DNA of 64,000 nucleotides from an uncultured virus (IMG/VR IMGVR_UViG_3300032288_004324) (lineage: Duplodnaviria > Heunggongvirae > Uroviricota > Caudoviricetes): IMG/VR virus record IMGVR_UViG_3300032288_004324. One strand, 5' to 3'. The translations under genes were made by a program, and so were the position numbers. Below, one piece after another: positions 47,582-55,582 of the stretch (positions within the stretch are counted from its first letter, which is position 1; each line of letters opens with the position of its first letter). The notes beneath the pieces are model-generated. The model searched no databases, was not told where the DNA came from, and saw only the letters and a program-made list of their open reading frames with translations.

Positions 47582-49605
47582 TGGCAGGCATAAAATATTT
47601 ATTAGACATATACGAAAAGAAAGGAAAATCTTTTATAGAAAACCTTTTTAATAATAATGTAACAGTAACAGAAAACCTAGATGGTTCATCTTTCTCTTTT
47701 GAAAGAGATTTTACTGGTGATAATATATCTTTTTATAAAAAAGACCAGGATAATCCTATAACTAAGGTTGATAGGATATTAATGAAATATTATGAGAAGC
47801 CTATAAATTATATAGAATCTTTACCTGATGAAATAAAGTCTCAAATACCTAAGGGGTGGAGATTTGGTATGGCATATTTTCCTTCTACTAAACCAGTAAA
47901 AATAGAATATGACAGAATACCAAGGAATCATTTGATATTAACGCATATAATATCCAGAGATGAATTTGGCGATGTCATTAAAAATATACAGGACAAGGAA
48001 GAATTGGATGAATGGGCTGATAAATTAGGTGTTGAAAGAGCTCCTGTAATATTTCAAGGAAAATTAAATAGGGATCAAAAAATATCAATAATGGACTTCT
48101 TGTCTACTCCGTTGATGGATCTTAAAAATAAATTCAAAACTGAGAGTTTCACCAAATATATAGTTTCTATTATAAATAAAAATCTTGAAAAAACCACTCT
48201 GGGAAATGATTTAAGAGGAAGTATAGATTCATTAGTCTTTAGATTTGATACAGAAGACGGAGAAGAAACTATTCTAGCAAAAATGGTAGATCCTATTTTT
48301 TATGAAATAAATAGGGAAAGAAAAGCTACCAAGTCATCATATTTTCCTAGTGATGTTTATTCACTATGTTTAATAGATGTTATGAACATGATATTAGAAG
48401 ATGGAATAGAAAGCTTTTCTTCTGATGGTGATGATCCCGAGGAGAGGTATATAAATTTCGTTTTCTCTGTATTTAAAAAATTTATATACGAAGAGGGTGA
48501 AAAATATGTAGGAGCAGATTTTCAAAAACCTGAATATCTAAAATCTGAGGGATTTGAAATAAACAAGGAAATAATTAACGACGAAGAGGTATTAAAATAT
48601 CTGGAAGATGATGAGATATACATAGATATACTACAGATGATATTAAATTCTTTTAGAAAATTAAAAAGAAAGCCCCATGGATTTTTTACTGAAGGTCTTA
48701 TAGAGCAGTTTAATATGTTAGTTGAAGATATAGCCTCACATATAAATGCAAAGAGAAAAGAAATAGTCGAGGAATCACTAGGTCTACCATCATTTGTATG
48801 GTTTAAAAAGGTTGGTAGGAAATTTAATGTTCATATTAATGAAGATGAAGATGATGGGTATGATGATGTTGGCGAATATTTAGAAAATTTAGAAGATAAA
48901 AATGACAATAATATAATAATAGAAGAAATAAACGAAAGCTCTAAAGAAGTTATAGTAGAAGAAAAATCTAAAGATACGTCCGAATTTTTCTCTTTCAAAG
49001 ATTTTAAGAAAGTAGTAGCAACACACAAGGAAAAAAAGAAAATTAAAATACTTAATGAGAATAATCAGAAGGTAAATCTAGTAATAGGTAAGTTTCAGCC
49101 ATTTAATAATGGACATCTTAAAATGTGTACTAGATTAAAAAAAGAAAACAATCTACCCGTTTTTCTTTGCGTAGTTCATCCAGGGGGAGGGCCTAGTTCA
49201 AAATATCCTTTTAATGACGACCTTATAAAAAAATCTATAGGATCACTAACATCAGAAAACAATAAACTTTTTCACGGGTATGATATAATACCATCCGACC
49301 TTCTAGAGGATGCTATAAATTGTGTTGTTAAACAAGCTAATCCAGTTTCTGTTTGTATAGGGGAGAACGATTTTAAAAACATGGTTCTACAAAGAGAATG
49401 GGTTAGAGACAAATACGATTTAGAGGGTGGAGATATTGAAATATATAAAACTCCGCAATGGGCAAATAATGATGAGATTAGGGATTACATAATAAAAGGA
49501 GACTTTCAGCAATTTAAAAGCAAGGTTCCTAAATCTATAGCAGTTTTATTCAACGAGTTTACAAAACAACTTAAGGATAAAGAGGGGGAAGAGGATATAT
49601 ATTAA
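47581..49605 (+). CDS. RNA-ligase-like (covalent NTase fold) domain fused to a HIGH-family cytidylyltransferase-like domain; catalytic motifs degenerate
   Basis: VTENLDGS (motif I without Lys), APVIFQG, LAKMVDP; C-terminal VIGKFQPFNNGH...YPF. Confidence 0.65.
   Translation: MAGIKYLLDIYEKKGKSFIENLFNNNVTVTENLDGSSFSFERDFTGDNISFYKKDQDNPITKVDRILMKYYEKPINYIESLPDEIKSQIPKGWRFGMAYFPSTKPVKIEYDRIPRNHLILTHIISRDEFGDVIKNIQDKEELDEWADKLGVERAPVIFQGKLNRDQKISIMDFLSTPLMDLKNKFKTESFTKYIVSIINKNLEKTTLGNDLRGSIDSLVFRFDTEDGEETILAKMVDPIFYEINRERKATKSSYFPSDVYSLCLIDVMNMILEDGIESFSSDGDDPEERYINFVFSVFKKFIYEEGEKYVGADFQKPEYLKSEGFEINKEIINDEEVLKYLEDDEIYIDILQMILNSFRKLKRKPHGFFTEGLIEQFNMLVEDIASHINAKRKEIVEESLGLPSFVWFKKVGRKFNVHINEDEDDGYDDVGEYLENLEDKNDNNIIIEEINESSKEVIVEEKSKDTSEFFSFKDFKKVVATHKEKKKIKILNENNQKVNLVIGKFQPFNNGHLKMCTRLKKENNLPVFLCVVHPGGGPSSKYPFNDDLIKKSIGSLTSENNKLFHGYDIIPSDLLEDAINCVVKQANPVSVCIGENDFKNMVLQREWVRDKYDLEGGDIEIYKTPQWANNDEIRDYIIKGDFQQFKSKVPKSIAVLFNEFTKQLKDKEGEEDIY
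49594..49601 (+). promoter_or_regulatory. Putative late promoter GATATATA
   Basis: In the last codons of the upstream gene, 21 nt before ATG 49623. Confidence 0.5.
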
Positions 49606-49622
49606 AAAGATTCCTTCTTTTT

Positions 49623-49892
49623 ATGAAGAAATACAGCCATATAAAAGAAAATAATACCAGATATGATCTATCTAATAGCAAGAGACTTTTAGAAGAAGCT
49701 ATGGATAAAATAATGTCAGTTAAGGAAGAGTTTTCTAAGATGGATGGTATTGATATTGATGAATTAGAGGAAGGATGGAATCTTATAGATAAATACTACG
49801 GTAATGTTGTTAGAGGAGAGATCTACAAAAAGAAAAAGAAGGGTTACATACCTAATACATCCGCAGTTTTTCCAAAAAAAGGAGATAGCTAA
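49623..49892 (+). CDS. Hypothetical protein
   Basis: 89-aa ORF starting MKKYSHIKEN. Confidence 0.55.
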   Translation: MKKYSHIKENNTRYDLSNSKRLLEEAMDKIMSVKEEFSKMDGIDIDELEEGWNLIDKYYGNVVRGEIYKKKKKGYIPNTSAVFPKKGDS

Positions 49893-49895
49893 ATT

Positions 49896-50435
49896 ATGAA
49901 ACATATTAAATTATTTGAACAGTTTTTATTATTAGAGGAAGACGGATTCGGAAGAGACTTTTTTGTTAAAAAGAAGGAAGGTAAAGTATCTAAATACTTT
50001 TTTAAAATAGAGGGTGAGGATGATAACCTAGGATTTATTGTAAATATAGGTAAACTTTCTAGGGAATCCTCTATAGATGATGCAGAAAATAGTTATGCTG
50101 TTATATCTGTGGAGCCTATTAAAGTTAGTGTTCTTGATGACTATTTAGTTAAAGAGACAGATTATAAATCTAGGGAGGACGACGAATTCTCACTTAGTAA
50201 ATCTGAATTTATGAGATTTTATAAAATATTAAGTGAAGCTATAAAAGATTATCTACAAAATAATCCTAAAGTTTCTAAGATATATGATGAGATCCCCCTT
50301 AACTTAGATTTTGAAATTTCTGAATACCAAGATAAAGTAGAATCTTTAATGGATGAATGGAGTTACGAAAGATGGAGCGTACAAGAGGGTACTTCAGATA
50401 GGACCCTTATGTATACTAGAAGAGATCATGAATAA
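49896..50435 (+). CDS. Hypothetical protein with a capsid-targeting-like N-terminus
   Basis: MKHIKLFEQFLLLEE. Confidence 0.6.
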   Translation: MKHIKLFEQFLLLEEDGFGRDFFVKKKEGKVSKYFFKIEGEDDNLGFIVNIGKLSRESSIDDAENSYAVISVEPIKVSVLDDYLVKETDYKSREDDEFSLSKSEFMRFYKILSEAIKDYLQNNPKVSKIYDEIPLNLDFEISEYQDKVESLMDEWSYERWSVQEGTSDRTLMYTRRDHE

Positions 50436-50745
50436 TAATATTCTTTCATATCATGAATTTATAAATGAGTCTAGAATACCGATAGCATGGGCTAAACCTT
50501 CTAGATCTACTATATCTGTTTTACAATTTGTCTCGGAAAAAGAAAAGGTTACTAAAAAAGAATTGATGGAATTCTTGGATAGTATGGAAGAAGATTCTTC
50601 AGGAAAAAGGCCTTCGATGAAATGGGTTAATAATCAGAAAAAATATATAAGATATAAAGTTCAGGAGGATGAAGCAAATTATTACTCTTTAACCCCCCTG
50701 GGAAGAAGAGTATTAAAGGCATCTATATTAGATGAATCTAAATAA
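50428..50745 (+). CDS. Putative winged-helix-like protein with a capsid-targeting-like N-terminus
   Basis: Start at ATG 50428, MNNNILSYHEFINES; VTKKELMEFL...YYSLTPLGRRVL resembles a wHTH wing. Confidence 0.55.
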   Translation: MNNNILSYHEFINESRIPIAWAKPSRSTISVLQFVSEKEKVTKKELMEFLDSMEEDSSGKRPSMKWVNNQKKYIRYKVQEDEANYYSLTPLGRRVLKASILDESK

Positions 50746-50768
50746 ATTGCTTAAAATCACATTTAAAT

Positions 50769-50797
50769 GAAACATTTTATTAATTTTACAGTAAAAT
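50769..50797 (+). promoter_or_regulatory. Putative early/middle promoter GAAAC-N18-TAAAAT
   Basis: Intergenic, upstream of the Hc1-like gene. Confidence 0.6.
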
Positions 50798-50813
50798 AGT
50801 AAAACAATTTAAA

Positions 50814-50993
50814 ATGGAAAATTACGAAAAAATCAAGGAATTGGTAGAAAGCATGTCTAAGGATATCGAAGCTTTTTACGTTAAAGGTAACAAGTCTGCT
50901 GGTACACGTGTAAGAACAGCTTGTCAAGATCTTAAGAAATTAGCTCAGGATCTAAGAGTTAATGTACAGGAAACTAAAAACACTAAAGCTTAA
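50814..50993 (+). CDS. Histone H1-like (Hc1 family) small protein, 59 aa; absent from the ORF track
   Basis: Translated by hand: MENYEKIKELVESMSKDIEAFYVKGNKSAGTRVRTACQDLKKLAQDLRVNVQETKNTKA. KGNKxAGTRxR is the Hc1/Bacteroidota histone-H1 signature. Confidence 0.85.
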   Translation: MENYEKIKELVESMSKDIEAFYVKGNKSAGTRVRTACQDLKKLAQDLRVNVQETKNTKA

Positions 50994-50996
50994 TTT

Positions 50997-51227
50997 ATGG
51001 GTTACTATATCTGTAAAGTTAGTTTTTATACTGGAGAGGTTTCCAAAAGTACAGGTAAAGCAAAAGCTTCTAAATCTGAGATATTAGTAGAGGCTGAAAG
51101 CGTTACAGAAGCAGAAGCAAATCTTCACAAGCACTTAGCAGGTGATAATGCAACTGCTCATCTAGACTTTGAAGTTACTTCAGTAGCACAATCTAAGATA
51201 GAATCAGTAGTACATCTTAGAGGATAA
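50997..51227 (+). CDS. DUF4494-like protein (Bacteroidota family)
   Basis: YICKV...TGKAK..KSEILVEAESVTEAEA...FEVTSVAQSKIESV. Confidence 0.7.
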   Translation: MGYYICKVSFYTGEVSKSTGKAKASKSEILVEAESVTEAEANLHKHLAGDNATAHLDFEVTSVAQSKIESVVHLRG

Positions 51228-51244
51228 TAAAATCCTTTTATTTT

Positions 51245-51281
51245 AATCCCGGTAGATATATAATTCAACCGGGATTTTTTT
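51245..51281 (+). terminator. Rho-independent terminator with the late-promoter motif in its loop
   Basis: AATCCCGGT-agatatataattca-ACCGGGATT followed by a T-run; GATATATA at 51255-51262. Confidence 0.75.
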
Positions 51282-51306
51282 ATGCCCATTGTATTTAAAT
51301 TGTCTA

Positions 51307-51480
51307 ATGAAAAAAGGAAAAAATAAAGGTTCAGAAACTAGTTCTTATAAACCGCCAGTTTCCCCTGTAAAAATTCCAGATGGTGATACTGGTTTTAATA
51401 TGGTTAAAAATAACTATAGAAGATTTATATGGACTTGGAATCAATACCTAGATAAAAAGCCAAAATTTCAAAAAACATAG
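51307..51480 (+). CDS. Small hypothetical protein
   Basis: ATG 51307 within the 51289 ORF; MKKGKNKGSETSSYKPPVSP... Confidence 0.5.
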   Translation: MKKGKNKGSETSSYKPPVSPVKIPDGDTGFNMVKNNYRRFIWTWNQYLDKKPKFQKT

Positions 51481-51484
51481 AATT

Positions 51485-51820
51485 ATGCCATCGGTATCTA
51501 GAACACAACAAAGATTAATGGGGCAAGCATATGGTGTTAGGAAATGGATGGACACCAATGGAAAGGATGGATTAAATCCTAAGAAAATAGATTCAGCTTA
51601 TAGAGAAACTATAGTTGATCTTGCAAATAATATGAAAAAGAAATCTCTTAAAGATTTTGCTAAAACTAAACACAATAATATACCAGAGGAAATTGAGGAG
51701 GGAAAAATACCAACTATAATACCATATCTTAATCCCGAATCAAATTCACCAAAAAAGAGTAAAATTAAAAAAATGCAAAATCTTTCTGATTACAGAGAGT
51801 TTATTAATAAAAAGAAATAA
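51485..51820 (+). CDS. DUF3008-like protein with a C-terminal targeting-like motif
   Basis: MPSVSRTQQRLMGQAY...MKKKSLKDFAKTKHNNIPE resembles DUF3008; ends MQNLSDYREFINKKK. Confidence 0.6.
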   Translation: MPSVSRTQQRLMGQAYGVRKWMDTNGKDGLNPKKIDSAYRETIVDLANNMKKKSLKDFAKTKHNNIPEEIEEGKIPTIIPYLNPESNSPKKSKIKKMQNLSDYREFINKKK

Positions 51821-51829
51821 ATTATAAAT

Positions 51830-52297
51830 ATGAGTGAAGATTGCGGATGTGGATCAACCACAGATAATATTAGAGATTACAATTCACATAAAACTAATAA
51901 ATATGATTCTGATCCATTAGTTGGTAAAAGAGTATCATTAGTAGATGGTAGAAGTGGAAGAGTTGATGATTCTATTAGAAACAGCGTAGGCGAAGTAATA
52001 GGATACGTCATCGAGGGTGAAAGAGGAATGTACAGGGTATTTAAGGATAAAATATCTTCTGAACTCGAAGAAAGCGGAGGTGCTATGGCTTCATTATCTG
52101 GAACACCTGGAATGGGAAACGTTGTTCCCCCTGGACCAGGAAGAACTGGATCTGGAGACCAATTTCCTAGTTTAACTGTAGGTACTCCTGCTGCTAAAAA
52201 AAAGAAGAAAAAGGTTTCTAAGGAAAATCCTAGCCCGATAAGTAATTCCCTAATGGATTTTAAAACATTCATGAACAATTCTAAAGCTAACCAATAA
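51830..52297 (+). CDS. Hypothetical protein
   Basis: 155 aa with a Gly/Pro-rich segment; ends LMDFKTFMNNSKANQ. Confidence 0.6.
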   Translation: MSEDCGCGSTTDNIRDYNSHKTNKYDSDPLVGKRVSLVDGRSGRVDDSIRNSVGEVIGYVIEGERGMYRVFKDKISSELEESGGAMASLSGTPGMGNVVPPGPGRTGSGDQFPSLTVGTPAAKKKKKKVSKENPSPISNSLMDFKTFMNNSKANQ

Positions 52298-52327
52298 ATT
52301 TATTATTAAATGTCTTAGTTTAGCATA

Positions 52328-52714
52328 ATGCAAAAAATTAAGATAATACAAGAGGAATATTCTAATGATCCATGGAAAGTACTAGTATGTTGTATATTAC
52401 TCAACCAAACTAGTAACAAACAGGTAAGACCCTTAATAGAAAGTTTTTTTAATAGATGGCCAAATTCTCAATCATTATTGGATGAGGAGATTTTGCCCAT
52501 TTCTGATTTTATAAAGTCAACAGGATTTCAAAATATGAAAGCTAAGAGAATTAAAGAATTCTCAATTGCATGGGAGATGGGGATAAGGGATCCTTTTAAA
52601 TTTCCTGGTGTTGGTGATTATGGTAGGGAAGCTTGGAGAATCTTTGTTGATAACGACAAATCATTTATTCCGAAAGACAAGAAGCTTAAAATGTATTTAG
52701 AATCGGTTCATTAA
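52328..52714 (+). CDS. HhH-GPD DNA glycosylase, MBD4-like
   Basis: PWKVLVCCILLNQT, FFNRWP, GFQNMKAKRI, PGVGDYGREAWRIF and PKDKKL parallel the MBD4 catalytic domain including its catalytic Asp. Confidence 0.8.
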   Translation: MQKIKIIQEEYSNDPWKVLVCCILLNQTSNKQVRPLIESFFNRWPNSQSLLDEEILPISDFIKSTGFQNMKAKRIKEFSIAWEMGIRDPFKFPGVGDYGREAWRIFVDNDKSFIPKDKKLKMYLESVH

Positions 52715-52720
52715 TATATA
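52713..52720 (+). promoter_or_regulatory. Putative late promoter AATATATA (near-leaderless)
   Basis: 4 nt before ATG 52725. Confidence 0.5.
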
Positions 52721-52724
52721 CTAC

Positions 52725-53309
52725 ATGAATCATTTATTTACTTTTAATCAACTTTTTGAAAAATTACAGATGGTTACTTCAAACTGGTCAATCATAAGTA
52801 ACGAGAGTTCTTTTGAAAAGAAGGATGATAACGGATATTTAGTTTTTAGTAAGGAGGGAACTTTTTCTATTATATACAAAAAGAAGTCCCTACAGGAAGA
52901 ATCTAGAATAGACTTTTACTCGAGCAAAGAAAATTCGTCGGATAAAAAATCTATATGTGAGTGTAAGATCACTACAACATCTGGAATGGATAGAGTAAAA
53001 ACAGGATTTCCTGATATAACAGAAAAAAATATATGGGAAATAATATCATTATTTTTTGACTATTCTGATATTGAAAAATCCGAAAAAAATTCTTACGATA
53101 TTTTTTTAATGGGATTTTCTAAATCAATAAAGGAAGTTCAGATTAGTGAAGAAAAAGACCAGCTTTCTCCTAGCTTTATAATGTTTTGTAAGTATCTAAA
53201 AGATGGAGTAAAAAAATCGGAAGACCCTAAAATTCCACAGAAGCATTATAATTTAACGAGTGCAGTTAAAAATTTTATAGAAAATTTTAAGTCTTCTAAG
53301 AAATATTAG
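52725..53309 (+). CDS. Hypothetical protein with a capsid-targeting-like N-terminus
   Basis: MNHLFTFNQLFEK. Confidence 0.6.
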   Translation: MNHLFTFNQLFEKLQMVTSNWSIISNESSFEKKDDNGYLVFSKEGTFSIIYKKKSLQEESRIDFYSSKENSSDKKSICECKITTTSGMDRVKTGFPDITEKNIWEIISLFFDYSDIEKSEKNSYDIFLMGFSKSIKEVQISEEKDQLSPSFIMFCKYLKDGVKKSEDPKIPQKHYNLTSAVKNFIENFKSSKKY

Positions 53310-53322
53310 ATTTTTTAATCCA

Positions 53323-53631
53323 TTATTTTGAATCTTCCCTTCTTTTTAGTTGGTTTAAATAATCTGCCCAAACCAATCCACCTTCTTTTATTGATGTCTT
53401 TTTAGATTTATGCAGTTCTGCCCTCTTGGACATTATATAGGAAGCTATTATAGCATCTTTCAATTCTATTTCTTTTTTATCTAGCATTTCTTGAATTGTC
53501 CTTACTGATTTTAAAGCCTCGTCTCTATTAGAAAATCTTAAACCCCTAGCATATTTTTTTTCTTTGCTAAAAGGATTTATATCATTCAGATAAATCTGCT
53601 CGAATAATTTGAAGGTTAGAATTTTTTTCAC
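53323..53631 (-). CDS. Hypothetical protein with a capsid-targeting-like N-terminus
   Basis: GTG start, MKKILTFKLFEQ; occupies the otherwise empty gap; late-type motif 4 nt upstream on the - strand. Confidence 0.65.
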   Translation of the reverse strand: MKKILTFKLFEQIYLNDINPFSKEKKYARGLRFSNRDEALKSVRTIQEMLDKKEIELKDAIIASYIMSKRAELHKSKKTSIKEGGLVWADYLNQLKRREDSK

Positions 53632-53633
53632 CT

Positions 53634-53643
53634 AATATATATT
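53634..53643. promoter_or_regulatory. Palindromic AATATATATT, a late-type motif readable on both strands
   Basis: Between divergent genes; the - strand copy ends 4 nt before GTG 53631. Confidence 0.5.
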
Positions 53644-53650
53644 CCTTTTT

Positions 53651-53679
53651 GAAACCTCTTTCGTTAACAGCTATAAAAT
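53651..53679 (+). promoter_or_regulatory. Putative early/middle promoter GAAAC-N18-TAAAAT
   Basis: Upstream of the DNA polymerase ATG at 53684. Confidence 0.6.
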
Positions 53680-53683
53680 AGAT

Positions 53684-55090
53684 ATGATAATAGATATAGA
53701 GAACACTGGAAATTCTTTATCGGTTTCTCATTATACGGAAGAAGGGGATGTTAATTTATTAAAAATCCCAGTACCTAAACATTTACAATTTGTTTGGCAA
53801 AAGACTTCCGAGAATGATAAAAACAAAGATAAGGATTGGAGATCATGGGATAATCTTCCAATTAAAAAGGTACCTTCTAGTAAATTTGATAAGTATAGAG
53901 TAGTGGAAATATTAGAGGCTATAGATCCTAATGTAACTAAACCACTTTGGGATTATCAGACCCCTAAAAAATACTTTGTTGATATTGAGGTAGAAATAAC
54001 AGATAACAGGGCAGATTCATTAGATACTGAGAATTCTAAAAACCGTGTCCTCTCCATAGGTATGGCTTCATCGCAAGGTAAAGTTTTAGTTATAGGATTA
54101 GAAGATATTCCACCTGATAGGATACTTAAAATTGAAAAAAGAATAAAAGATCATTTTAAGGATCTTCCTGGGGAATGGACATTTAACTATAGAAAATTCG
54201 ATAGCGAATTCGATATGTTATATACATTTCTCTCTAAGCTTGTCCCAAAAATGCCATTAATTACTGGATGGAACTGGTTTGGATATGACTGGCCTTATCT
54301 TATAAATAGAGCAAAAAGATTGGGTATAGATCCTAAAATAGCTTCACCTAGCGGAATTCTTTTAGGTATGAATCAAATACCTATGCACGTTCTTATGGTG
54401 GATTACCTTGATATTTACAAAAAGTGGGATAGAGTAATAAAAATAAGAGAATCTAATTCTTTGGATTATGTAGCAAATCAAGCAATAGGAATAAAGAAGA
54501 TATCTTACAACGGAACTCTAAAAGATCTATATGAATCTGATTTTGAAACATTTATTTTCTATAACGCAGTTGACTGTATTTTAGTTCATTATATAGATAA
54601 AAGACTGGATACTCTTTCAACTTTTTTTAAAATTGCAGAAGTAAGTAGAGTAGAAATTAATAGAGCTCTTTCTCCGGTATGGACAACTGAAGTACTGATG
54701 CTTCGTAAGTTTTTGGAAAGAAAGAAAATTATTGTAAATGAAAGGAAGGGAGAATCTCACGTAAAATTTGAAGGTGCTTATGTTAAGAAACCGGAAAAAG
54801 GCCTATATGAATGGATAGCCTGTTTTGACTTTGCTTCACTGTATCCTAATACTATGATGCAATGGGGAATTTCACCAGAAGCTTATTTAGGAAAGAATTT
54901 AAAAGAAATTCCAGAGGGTGCTATAAAAACTTCATCGGGTGCTGTATTTTATAGTAAGGACGGACAAGAACCTATACTTAGGGAAATATTAAAGGGGCTT
55001 TATTCTCAAAGAAAAGCTACAAAGAAGAAATATTTTGAGTGTGAGAAAGAAATAGAAAAAATTAAAAAAGCAATAAAAGAAAAATCATAA
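53684..55090 (+). CDS. gp43: Family B DNA polymerase, N-terminal subunit (3'-5' exonuclease + motif A; split gp43A-like)
   Basis: ExoI FVDIEVE, ExoII TGWNWFGYDWPYL, ExoIII YNAVDC, motif A FDFASLYP; ends in the fingers without KxxxNSxYG or YGDTDS. Confidence 0.9.
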   Translation: MIIDIENTGNSLSVSHYTEEGDVNLLKIPVPKHLQFVWQKTSENDKNKDKDWRSWDNLPIKKVPSSKFDKYRVVEILEAIDPNVTKPLWDYQTPKKYFVDIEVEITDNRADSLDTENSKNRVLSIGMASSQGKVLVIGLEDIPPDRILKIEKRIKDHFKDLPGEWTFNYRKFDSEFDMLYTFLSKLVPKMPLITGWNWFGYDWPYLINRAKRLGIDPKIASPSGILLGMNQIPMHVLMVDYLDIYKKWDRVIKIRESNSLDYVANQAIGIKKISYNGTLKDLYESDFETFIFYNAVDCILVHYIDKRLDTLSTFFKIAEVSRVEINRALSPVWTTEVLMLRKFLERKKIIVNERKGESHVKFEGAYVKKPEKGLYEWIACFDFASLYPNTMMQWGISPEAYLGKNLKEIPEGAIKTSSGAVFYSKDGQEPILREILKGLYSQRKATKKKYFECEKEIEKIKKAIKEKS

Positions 55091-55093
55091 ATT

Positions 55094-55558
55094 ATGGCAA
55101 ATACAGATAACAAATGTTCAGATCTTCCGATAGAGGATTTTTACACAGGGTCGGAAGACACTTTAGGACTAATTTACAACAAGCAGAAAGAACTACAGGA
55201 AAGATATGGGTTCGATTTTAAAGATTGGAATATTAAACAAATTGCAGATTTCTGGATGGTAAACAAGCATGCACTCGGTGATGAGCTAAACGAAATGTTT
55301 GATGCACTGGGAGGAATTAATGACGGAATAGGATCTGCTGGGTGGAAATATTGGAAGGGAGATAATAAAAAAACTGTAGATATGAAGATATCGGATCTTA
55401 GTGAATCTGACAAGAAAGAACTTTTTTATGAATGGATTGACGGTCTTCATTTTTACATGAACTTTGCAATTTCTATAGGAATGACCAGTAAGGATATTGT
55501 TAATCTTTATATGGCAAAAAATTCCGAAAATCATGACCGACAAGAGAGAGGATACTAA
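55094..55558 (+). CDS. Dimeric all-alpha dUTPase/dCTPase, T4 gp56-like
   Basis: DELNEMFDAL, WKYWK, ELFYEWIDGLHF, LYMAKNSENHDRQERGY. Confidence 0.8.
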   Translation: MANTDNKCSDLPIEDFYTGSEDTLGLIYNKQKELQERYGFDFKDWNIKQIADFWMVNKHALGDELNEMFDALGGINDGIGSAGWKYWKGDNKKTVDMKISDLSESDKKELFYEWIDGLHFYMNFAISIGMTSKDIVNLYMAKNSENHDRQERGY

Positions 55559-55564
55559 TATATA
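55557..55564 (+). promoter_or_regulatory. Putative late-type motif AATATATA
   Basis: 18 nt before the nrdB ATG. Confidence 0.4.
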
Positions 55565-55582
55565 CATAACATAAAAAGAGAC

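Noticed and set aside
51282..51326. 14-codon ORF starting 19 nt after the loop-embedded motif
   Set aside because: Too short to support; ATG 51307 in another frame gives the longer product.
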